A stretch of 64,000 nucleotides of DNA. It comes from a virus. Numbering within the stretch: position 1 is the first letter of the stretch; each line of letters begins with the position of its first letter. Both the position numbers and the translations under genes were made by a program. This document shows positions 17,529-25,155 of the stretch, in pieces. A model generated the notes under the pieces. It made no database searches. It worked only from the letters and a program-made list of their open reading frames with translations, and was not told the DNA's origin. The DNA lies in the IMG/VR virus record IMGVR_UViG_3300025141_000022, positions 32,001 through 96,000 of that record. One strand, written 5' to 3'.

Positions 17529-18027
17529 AATTCATGAAGGGGTAACAGAACCCCAATTATTAAAAGTGCAGAGCATCTCTGATGATAGGGGTTATTTAAT
17601 ACCATTTACAGACCATATCGATCATGAGTTATTTCACCGTTGCTACGTTGTGGGAGATTATGGAAAAGGAGTGATTAGAGGTCTTCATTACCATAAAGAA
17701 GAAATGAAAATCTTCACAATTGTTTCCGGCGCCGCAAAGTTTGTAACAACTGATCTTCCAGAAGAATTAGCAGACCGAAACGATTCTGCAGAGATAGAAA
17801 TTTATTTAAAAGAACACCCAGAGGCTGTTAAGACGTTTGTGCTTAGTTCTAGACATCATGGTGTTGTTATAGTACCCGCTTATTACGCCAATGGGTGGGT
17901 TAGCTTAGAGGATAATACTATTCTAGTATCCCTCAGCAATCTTAGATTTGAGAGGGCGATGCATGATGATATCAGAATCGACCCATATGTAATTGATAAA
18001 AAATACTGGGAGGTAATAGGAAGATAA
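17521..18027 (+). CDS. Cupin sugar isomerase/epimerase (FdtA 3,4-ketoisomerase or RmlC-like)
   Basis: DDRGYL, RCYVV, IRGLHYH cupin motif. Start set at ATG 17521 (ORF track 17482). Confidence 0.8.
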   Translation: MHKIHEGVTEPQLLKVQSISDDRGYLIPFTDHIDHELFHRCYVVGDYGKGVIRGLHYHKEEMKIFTIVSGAAKFVTTDLPEELADRNDSAEIEIYLKEHPEAVKTFVLSSRHHGVVIVPAYYANGWVSLEDNTILVSLSNLRFERAMHDDIRIDPYVIDKKYWEVIGR

Positions 18028-18956
18028 TGAAAATTTTAGTAACTGGTGGAGCGGGATATATCGGCAGCACCTTGGTTCCAGAATTACTGGCACTAGGTCA
18101 CGAAGTCACGGTATATGATAATTTGAGATTTGGGGGCCAAGGGATGCTTGGCCTATTTAAAAATCCTAAATTTAATTTGATTAAGGCAGATGTTAGAGAC
18201 ATTACCAAATTAAAGGAAGCTACAAAGAGTGTTGACGCTGTTATTCACTTAGCAGCAATTGTTGGATACCCAGCTTGTAAAAATGAGCCAGAATTGGCCA
18301 CAGCTGTCAATGTGGGTTCGACTAAAGCTTTGGCTAGCTTTTTAAGTAAAGATCAATATATTTTATTTGGCTCTACTGGAAGCAACTACGGAGTCATCAC
18401 TGATGGCGTTTGCACCGAGGAAACCCCTCTTAGTCCACTGAGCCACTATGGTAGAACTAAGACCGAAGCCGAACGCATTGTCATGAACGAATGTACAGCC
18501 ACAGCATACAGATTCGCCACTGCGTTTGGTTTGTCGCCACGTCTGCGTTTAGATTTGCTTGTTAATGATTTTGTTAATAAGGCACTCAATGATAGATATA
18601 TTGTTGTATACGAATCACACTTTATGAGAACATTTATTCATGTACACGATATAGCTCGTTCTTTTGTTTTCGCGTTAGAAAACCGTGATAACATGGAAGG
18701 TCAAGTTTATAACGTTGGAGCCGACAACATGAACTGTAGTAAAAAGGGCATATGTGAGATGATTGGCGACAAGGTAGATTATTATCTGCATTTGGCTGAT
18801 TTTGGTTCGGATGCGGATAAGAGAAATTACATTGTTTCTTATGATAAAATAGCATCCCTTGGATATAGAACTACCATCAATCTTGAAGCCGGCGTAGATG
18901 AATTAGTCGCTGGCCTTCAGGCAATCAAGGTAGCTAATCCGTATTCTAATGTATAA
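18027..18956 (+). CDS. NAD-dependent epimerase/dehydratase family (extended SDR)
   Basis: ILVTGGAGYIG, VIHLAAIVG, YGRTK (YxxxK), FIHVHDIA. Confidence 0.93.
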   Translation: MKILVTGGAGYIGSTLVPELLALGHEVTVYDNLRFGGQGMLGLFKNPKFNLIKADVRDITKLKEATKSVDAVIHLAAIVGYPACKNEPELATAVNVGSTKALASFLSKDQYILFGSTGSNYGVITDGVCTEETPLSPLSHYGRTKTEAERIVMNECTATAYRFATAFGLSPRLRLDLLVNDFVNKALNDRYIVVYESHFMRTFIHVHDIARSFVFALENRDNMEGQVYNVGADNMNCSKKGICEMIGDKVDYYLHLADFGSDADKRNYIVSYDKIASLGYRTTINLEAGVDELVAGLQAIKVANPYSNV

Positions 18957-18968
18957 AGGAGAAATAAC

Positions 18969-19295
18969 ATGGGTTTATTATTAGAAGATAAATATAAGAA
19001 TTTTGACGAATTCTACAGCTGGTATTTATCCCAGCATCAAAACGTGAACAATAGAAGGATGCACCTTTTAGGCGTATTAACTACTTTGGGTTTTATCGCT
19101 ACAGTATTGTTGACTGGGTTAAACCTTTGGTGGCTACTTTTAGCGCCTCTAATTGTGTATCCGTTTGCTTGGACGGGACATCTTGTACTTGAAGGTAATC
19201 GCCCTGCTGCCTGGAACTTTCGTCGCACACTACCATCTAAAGTAGCAGACATTAGAATGTGTACGGATATGTTAGTTGGTAACATACCGCTATAG
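18969..19295 (+). CDS. DUF962 / Mpo1-like membrane protein
   Basis: FYSWYLSQHQNVNNRRMHLLG, TM segments, FAWTGHLVLEGNRPA. Confidence 0.8.
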   Translation: MGLLLEDKYKNFDEFYSWYLSQHQNVNNRRMHLLGVLTTLGFIATVLLTGLNLWWLLLAPLIVYPFAWTGHLVLEGNRPAAWNFRRTLPSKVADIRMCTDMLVGNIPL

Positions 19296-19297
19296 TT

Positions 19298-20041
19298 ATG
19301 TATCATTTAGAATACGCTGAAATATATGATAGACTGCATGAAAGTAAAGACTATCTGTATGAGGTAAATTTTATACAAGAAGCTCTTAAGAGAAACAAGA
19401 GTGATGCTGACAGGATATTAGATATTGGGTGTGGCACTGGAACACACTCTTTACTTTTATGCCAGCGTGATTATACTATTGTTGGAATAGATGATTCAAA
19501 ACAAATGATAGATATAGCAAATCGAAAAGCCGCAGGCCGACCAAATATTGAATTTAGCACAAAGCGTATAACACAAGTAGATGGCGATTTTGATTTGGCG
19601 ATAAGTATGTTTAATGTTGTTAATCATATACACGACATGGATCGGTTGACTGACTTCTATGATGACATAAGAACAAAGTTAGTTCCCGGCGGGCTTTTTA
19701 TATTTGATTGTTGGAACGGAGTCGCGGCTCTTCGTGATCCGCCAATAGATCGTGTTCTTGCAAAGAAGTGCCAAGACGGAACTATTATGGAAATAGAAAC
19801 GGTCTGTAAGACCGACTTGATGCGTCAAGAGACTGATATGTTAACAAATGTCCACATTAATGATAATATTGTAAAATATGGACTTAAACATACATTATGG
19901 ACACCTAGACAGCATATGAACATATTAGATACAGTTGGGTTTAAAATAATCAATATATGCAAAGCACATGATTTATCTTCCCCGGCCAACGCCGGTGATT
20001 ATAAAATAGCATTTGTTTGCGAGGTCTATGATGGCTACTGA
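19298..20041 (+). CDS. Class I SAM methyltransferase resembling DesVI/TylM1-type sugar N-methyltransferases
   Basis: YAEIYD..KDY..E, ILDIGCGTGTH, FDLAISMFNV..HI, LVPGGLFIFDCW. Confidence 0.85.
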   Translation: MYHLEYAEIYDRLHESKDYLYEVNFIQEALKRNKSDADRILDIGCGTGTHSLLLCQRDYTIVGIDDSKQMIDIANRKAAGRPNIEFSTKRITQVDGDFDLAISMFNVVNHIHDMDRLTDFYDDIRTKLVPGGLFIFDCWNGVAALRDPPIDRVLAKKCQDGTIMEIETVCKTDLMRQETDMLTNVHINDNIVKYGLKHTLWTPRQHMNILDTVGFKIINICKAHDLSSPANAGDYKIAFVCEVYDGY

Positions 20042-20723
20042 CAATGATGGAAAATTACCAAAGGATACAAAATTTCCCTGCACTCAGTGTGGTATATGTT
20101 GTAAGACGACGGGTAGGATTCAAGAAGGAATCAGACGTGGAATCACACTCTGGACACCTACTAAGCTTGCTGGTCATGGATTCTATGATTACAACAAAAC
20201 TGAAGCAAAACGATTGGAAGAAGAGATTATGAGTTTGCCTCTTAAGGAGGATCAGCGTACATGTGGACACTTGTCAGACGACGGACCACCGTACACATGT
20301 GGAATATATGAATCCAGGCCATTATCGTGTCGGCTTCTAGGAAATGGAAACCAAAGCAATCCATGGAAACCTAAAGCGCTTACAGACAAAGAATGGCTGA
20401 TGAGTAATATCTTGTCATGCAATATAGGGATGGGCGCTGTCGCAAATGCTAAAGAAGTTGATCTTCTTGTGCAACAAGGTTCCCAAGAAATGCTCGATAC
20501 GGAGTTCTATCTTCAGGAAGATCGTGAAGGCGTTACCCCTATTGACATTCCAGAAAATCTACAACCTTTAGTGGTTGAGGCATATAGCAAATACACGGAA
20601 CTGATCAATGGGTTTGGTAATTTCTTAACTGAACTGAAGAATAAGTCACCCGCTTCTAAGCGCAAGCGCAGGAATAGGACGCGGAGTAAAAATAAAAAAA
20701 ACAATAGGAGAAACAAAACATGA
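20028..20723 (+). CDS. YkgJ-family Cys-cluster (Fe-S/Zn) protein with a basic C-terminal tail
   Basis: FPCTQCGICC, CGHL, CGIYESRPLSCR; tail KRKRRNRTRSKNKKNNRRNKT. Start at ATG 20028 or 20031. Confidence 0.75.
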   Translation: MMATDNDGKLPKDTKFPCTQCGICCKTTGRIQEGIRRGITLWTPTKLAGHGFYDYNKTEAKRLEEEIMSLPLKEDQRTCGHLSDDGPPYTCGIYESRPLSCRLLGNGNQSNPWKPKALTDKEWLMSNILSCNIGMGAVANAKEVDLLVQQGSQEMLDTEFYLQEDREGVTPIDIPENLQPLVVEAYSKYTELINGFGNFLTELKNKSPASKRKRRNRTRSKNKKNNRRNKT

Positions 20724-21058
20724 GTGATAAAATTAAAACAGATGGTGTCGGTATGGCCGGCGAATCGGAGTTTAGAACAGTAACGATGGACTATGCTAAG
20801 CCAACAAGAGTTGAGGCTATGACGTTATCAGATCAAGCGCTTGGTGCTGTAATGATGGCCTTGCAGCGTTCGCTAATGGAGCAGTCAGACATTGTACCTG
20901 TTCTAAAGGGGTTCGAATTTGTTAATTCAGAACATGGTCTAACGGTACGAAACCCCCCGGTGGTTAACCAGCCAGAACGGCACACTTTTGTGGGCATAGA
21001 GGAAGAAGAAGACAACAGCGGTGCAGTTTTTCAAGCTTACGTTGATGACCTACCTTAG
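20720..21058 (+). CDS. Hypothetical protein, 112 aa
   Basis: AGGAG RBS, ATGA overlap; no recognised motif. Confidence 0.7.
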   Translation: MSDKIKTDGVGMAGESEFRTVTMDYAKPTRVEAMTLSDQALGAVMMALQRSLMEQSDIVPVLKGFEFVNSEHGLTVRNPPVVNQPERHTFVGIEEEEDNSGAVFQAYVDDLP

Positions 21059-21071
21059 AGGATAACAACTG

Positions 21072-21353
21072 ATGCCTAAGTATTCTTATAAATGTAAACA
21101 ATGCGAATACATGTTTGAGACATATCACGGCATCAGTGAAAAATTATTATTTTGCGATAAATGCAAACTTGATTCATTGATAAGAATTCCATATAATATT
21201 AATTTTAAATTGCCAAACAGAGATTATTCCGAGATTTTGACGCAAAGTCAGGACCGCAATGTTGGTGATTTGGTAGAGAGATTTATTGAAGAATCAAGAG
21301 AAGAATTAAAACAACAACAAGACGATTTACAAAACAAAAGAGAAATTAAATGA
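21072..21353 (+). CDS. FmdB-family zinc-ribbon protein
   Basis: MPKYSYKCKQC..FE..H..CDKC pattern. Confidence 0.8.
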   Translation: MPKYSYKCKQCEYMFETYHGISEKLLFCDKCKLDSLIRIPYNINFKLPNRDYSEILTQSQDRNVGDLVERFIEESREELKQQQDDLQNKREIK

Positions 21354-21709
21354 GTTTAACAGCCGGATTAGCAATTACTTGTACTATAACAACATTTTTA
21401 GTTGTGGTATTGGTGTGGTATATTAAACGAATACTAGCAAAATTATTTTTTGTCTCGGATAGTATGGGAGATTTATTAATTAAATTAATGGAATACTCTG
21501 ATCACTTAGAGACAGTATACTCGCTTGAGACGTACTATGGTGATACAACACTACAGGAACTTCTTCGTCATTCCAAAATAATAGTTGAAGATTTAAAAGA
21601 GTATGAAGAAATTTATTCTCTTACAACTGTAATAGAAGAAACCGATGACACAGAGAAGGATGGCGAAGAAGATGACAGAACAAGACAGCAGCGGCAGTCC
21701 GCCGATTAA
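21350..21709 (+). CDS. Membrane protein with N-terminal TM helix and acidic coiled tail, 119 aa
   Basis: LAITCTITTFLVVVLVWYIKR segment. Confidence 0.65.
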   Translation: MSLTAGLAITCTITTFLVVVLVWYIKRILAKLFFVSDSMGDLLIKLMEYSDHLETVYSLETYYGDTTLQELLRHSKIIVEDLKEYEEIYSLTTVIEETDDTEKDGEEDDRTRQQRQSAD

Positions 21710-22406
21710 AAAAAGACGTAGAAGAAGAAGATCTAAAAATGCTCGACACTATTTTACACAAGCTCATGAAGATGCGATTGTTAAATATGTTGCATCTAAT
21801 GACTTAAGAGAACGGACATATTTATATACAGAATATATACAACCAGCTTTTAACGAGATGGTAGATAAAATTGTATTTACCTATAAATTTACGACATTGC
21901 CAAATATTGATGACTTAAGAGCAGAATGTAAGATCTGGCTAACTACAATATTGGACAAATATGATCAATCTAAAGGCTCCAAAGCCTTTTCTTATTTTTC
22001 AGTAATTACAAAAAATTGGTTTATACACAAAACTAAAAAGACTGCCGATAGAAACCGAAAAGAATTTGCAATTGATGAGATTAGAGACTTTTCCGAACAC
22101 GATGTCTTAATAGTAGAGCACGGCTATCAATCAGACCGCGAAGAAAAAGAATTTTGGTTATCCCTGTGGAAAGAGATTGATACTTGGGATACTGGCAATC
22201 TAAAAGTCAACGAAAAGAAAGTACTAGAGGCTATCAAAATTCTACTTAATAATCCAGACGACATAGAAATTTTTAATAAAAAAGCTATTTACTTATATCT
22301 GAGAGAAATTACTGGCTTAAACACCAAACAGGTGGTTAACAATCTTAATAAATTGAGGATAAAATATTTTAACTTCAAAAAGAAGTGGAATAAAGGTGAG
22401 ATATGA
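21672..22406 (+). CDS. Phage RNA polymerase sigma factor, T4 gp55-like (late sigma)
   Basis: Basic N-terminus then HYFTQAHEDAIVKY, and region-2-like DKYDQSKGSKAFSYFSVITKNWFI. Start uncertain (21645, 21660 or 21672). Confidence 0.72.
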   Translation: MTEQDSSGSPPIKKRRRRRRSKNARHYFTQAHEDAIVKYVASNDLRERTYLYTEYIQPAFNEMVDKIVFTYKFTTLPNIDDLRAECKIWLTTILDKYDQSKGSKAFSYFSVITKNWFIHKTKKTADRNRKEFAIDEIRDFSEHDVLIVEHGYQSDREEKEFWLSLWKEIDTWDTGNLKVNEKKVLEAIKILLNNPDDIEIFNKKAIYLYLREITGLNTKQVVNNLNKLRIKYFNFKKKWNKGEI

Positions 22407-22409
22407 TTT

Positions 22410-22700
22410 ATGAAGACAAGTTTGGAAAAATGCTTAGAAGAAGCACTCGATAATATAAGGAAAGATCGCGAAGTTACAAAAGAATTGCTCAACGATGCAA
22501 TTGCCTATTTAGCTAAAGATGATGGCCGTCACAAAGAGATCGGAGTCATTCTGGCCAAGTATGTAGAAACCCTCCAGCGCTCCAATGAGCAATTGGTGAA
22601 AGTCGCAGCACTTAAGCAGAAGAAAGAAGGTGCCTCTGTCGGGCTGACTGAGCACGATAAGAACGAGTTATTTGACATAATCAAAGGGGGCTCAGAATAA
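22410..22700 (+). CDS. Helical hypothetical protein, 96 aa (weak resemblance to T4 gp16-type small terminase)
   Basis: Amphipathic helices, GVILAKYVETLQRSNEQLVKVA; coupled to neighbours. The function call is weak. Confidence 0.55.
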   Translation: MKTSLEKCLEEALDNIRKDREVTKELLNDAIAYLAKDDGRHKEIGVILAKYVETLQRSNEQLVKVAALKQKKEGASVGLTEHDKNELFDIIKGGSE

Positions 22701-24172
22701 TGTCGTTAACAGTTGTACCTATTAATCCTGCAGGCAACACTAGTGCCGCTGGCGTCAATGCTGACACTCCAGCCACTGTGCAGCCAAATGAAACTACTTC
22801 GAACACCGTTGATGGCCTTTCGGGAGATCCGGCTAGACATGCATTCGGTGAATTGAACGCAATCACAGAAATTCCAAATGCGCCATTGCCCCCTGGAATT
22901 CACAATCCAGACGGCCCCGGTGATCCTTTTGGGGCCCACCGTGCCGCCACTCGCGCCGCGCTGACACCACAATCAATCCAGCAGGCTAATATTAGTGGTT
23001 GGCTCGGTACCGTCCTTCGCGTCGAAGATGTTCAGCAAGATAGTGGTACAGATGATGGTACATGGGTAAGCGCGGTTAGTCGCACATCGGCTAGCCAACA
23101 ACCCAGGGTACATATTAAAGTTAGAATACCAGAGTTACATGTTGGTATGCCAGAGCCAGAAATGTATGGTCCTGACGCGCCCGATTCTGATCAAGCAATA
23201 ATGGACGGGTATCCAACGTTTATTGGTGAGGTGCCAGGACTACCAACTCCCCAGCCCGGCGATATCGTCAGAGTTACGTTTGGAAACTTAGCAACTCAAT
23301 CTGATCCAAAATACCTAGGCGGCCAGACTCCCGGTGTCGGCGGAGTCGGCGGTGTTGGAGCCTTCGGCGCCTTTGGTGCAGGCGCCGCATCATTGGTGGG
23401 GAATGAATCTCAATGGGAAACCGGCACCGGCGAAATTGAATCTTACAGAGTTGTATTAACTGGAGCCCAAGCTACTACTGCTGTTTCAGCCTTTAGAACT
23501 GTTATACAAAATATGGGACTCGAATGGCAAGAGCCTGGAGGTGAGCATTCAAGTGGGCCAATTGCAATGAATTGTATTGGTGTTCGTTCTGCGACTTTAG
23601 AAGCAAATAAGTTTAGAGACAGATTCAATTGTTGTTGGTATGAAAATGGCCAGTGGACGGTGTATAGTTGGCCAAACACAACTACACCGGGATATAATGG
23701 ACTGACCGATCCTAGTTATCGTTCAGGGCAAGGCGTAGCAATCATGGTCCCTGGTCAATATAGGGCTTGGAAAATCCGTAATCATGGCTCCAGCAACCCT
23801 TATCCAGCCGGCGGACAGACCATGGGATCGGTAAGAATATATCGCGATGCGAATGTTGGCACTACATTGGATATGGATGCTTCAACTATTACAGAAGGGT
23901 ACTTTGGTATCAACCTTCACAGATCAAGAGCTTCAGGTCGTACACCAAGTGTTGGTCCGTGGAGTCTGGGATGTCAAGTGTTTCAAGAAAATCAACAAGG
24001 CTTTGCCGAGTGGATGACATTGTTTTATAAACTTGAGGAAGCCTATGGACAAGTGGGAGTGTATTATACTCTAATGCCAGAAACAGCGTTCAGCGGCTAT
24101 AACGGAACTGCTGGCTCTGGACAACCAATTCCAGGCCGTCCCGATCCATCGGCCGCAGCTAGCGAGACTTAA
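22700..24172 (+). CDS. Probable baseplate hub protein: gp5-like N-terminal OB-type domain plus L,D-transpeptidase (YkuD)-like domain
   Basis: IKVRIPELH..YPTF..PQPGDIVRVTF, Gly-rich linker, then GINLHRS-x13-SLGCQV (H-x14-SxGC catalytic signature). Confidence 0.62.
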   Translation: MSLTVVPINPAGNTSAAGVNADTPATVQPNETTSNTVDGLSGDPARHAFGELNAITEIPNAPLPPGIHNPDGPGDPFGAHRAATRAALTPQSIQQANISGWLGTVLRVEDVQQDSGTDDGTWVSAVSRTSASQQPRVHIKVRIPELHVGMPEPEMYGPDAPDSDQAIMDGYPTFIGEVPGLPTPQPGDIVRVTFGNLATQSDPKYLGGQTPGVGGVGGVGAFGAFGAGAASLVGNESQWETGTGEIESYRVVLTGAQATTAVSAFRTVIQNMGLEWQEPGGEHSSGPIAMNCIGVRSATLEANKFRDRFNCCWYENGQWTVYSWPNTTTPGYNGLTDPSYRSGQGVAIMVPGQYRAWKIRNHGSSNPYPAGGQTMGSVRIYRDANVGTTLDMDASTITEGYFGINLHRSRASGRTPSVGPWSLGCQVFQENQQGFAEWMTLFYKLEEAYGQVGVYYTLMPETAFSGYNGTAGSGQPIPGRPDPSAAASET

Positions 24173-24190
24173 TAGTAATAGGAGATATAT

Positions 24191-25144
24191 ATGGCATTTT
24201 CATTATTTGGAAAACCCTTCCCACCAAATAGAGCCGCCAAGGCACACGATCAAGAAGGTCTGTTAGAATCTACCCAAGCTATGAGGCAACTTTCCCAAGC
24301 AGTAACTGCGGGAATTGCCGGTACAGGCGCCTTTTGTGGAAGATTGGCAGAGCCGATTCCTGGGTTTATTGAGGCTGAATGTGAAACAATTAATTTTGGC
24401 GCTGGCGAGAATTCTTGGCAAAGCAACACATGGATTATATTAGGCCGCGACCGCCCCGGATCTCGCCTGACTGGATATGGCGGCAATGGCGAGACACAAG
24501 CCGGAATGATTGATATTGTTTGTGGCCGAGGTGGTCACGACCCCAACGCGGAAGAAGAGGTAGATCCAAGCTTTGTGTTAGATGCTGCAAGAGTATATGT
24601 ATCGCAAAAAACAGATGTGGATAGAAATTTTGAATTGGTAGCAGGCTCTGTTGGTTCAAAATCAAGTAAATATAAGTCTGCAGTCGCAATGAAGGCTGAT
24701 GGAATACGACTTATTGCAAGAGAGGGGATTAAGCTAGTCACGCTGTCCGAAGAAGCGAATTCCAGAGGACAAATTCCTGAATCGATTAAAGGCATCGATT
24801 TAATAGCTGGAAATGACGACAGAGACTTGCAGCCACTAGTAAAAGGTAACAATCTTGTCGAGTGCTTGAAATCAATGATGCAACACATCGATGAGTTAAA
24901 TGCACAAGTTGAAAGCCTAGCAAGGGAGAACTTGAAGCATGCTACTGCGATAGCTCTTCATGTTCATTCTTTTCATGGTACCCCTGGAACAAATATTGGT
25001 GTTTCTGCTGGACAGATTGTCAGAAGTGCTAGCACTATGCTCGATACATGGATTCATAAAGTAAATAACTTTACCGTAACTACAAGATATTTAGAACCTT
25101 TTGTAGACGGTTATATTTTAAGTAGACACAATCATACAAACTAA
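24191..25144 (+). CDS. Probable baseplate central spike-related protein, 317 aa
   Basis: Beta-strand-rich middle (AVAMKADGIRLIAREGIKLVT), then a helix and LHVHSFH (HxH as in gpV/gp138 spike tips); position before the wedge genes. Confidence 0.5.
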   Translation: MAFSLFGKPFPPNRAAKAHDQEGLLESTQAMRQLSQAVTAGIAGTGAFCGRLAEPIPGFIEAECETINFGAGENSWQSNTWIILGRDRPGSRLTGYGGNGETQAGMIDIVCGRGGHDPNAEEEVDPSFVLDAARVYVSQKTDVDRNFELVAGSVGSKSSKYKSAVAMKADGIRLIAREGIKLVTLSEEANSRGQIPESIKGIDLIAGNDDRDLQPLVKGNNLVECLKSMMQHIDELNAQVESLARENLKHATAIALHVHSFHGTPGTNIGVSAGQIVRSASTMLDTWIHKVNNFTVTTRYLEPFVDGYILSRHNHTN

Positions 25145-25155
25145 AAGACAAAACA

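Noticed and set aside
8250-20723. Bacterial O-antigen or capsule locus, or a eukaryotic giant-virus origin
   Set aside because: No wzx, wzy or ABC export genes; flanked by gp55-, gp25- and gp6-like phage genes with Shine-Dalgarno sites and sigma70 promoters.
22284-22292. GCTATTTAC inside the sigma gene as the late promoter for the hub/spike genes
   Set aside because: Two mismatches to the motif and explained by the coding sequence KAIYL; only a possibility.
23331-23390. GC-rich GGCGG/GGTG repeats as a DNA-level repeat or G-quadruplex
   Set aside because: Explained by a Gly-rich protein linker with varied synonymous codons.
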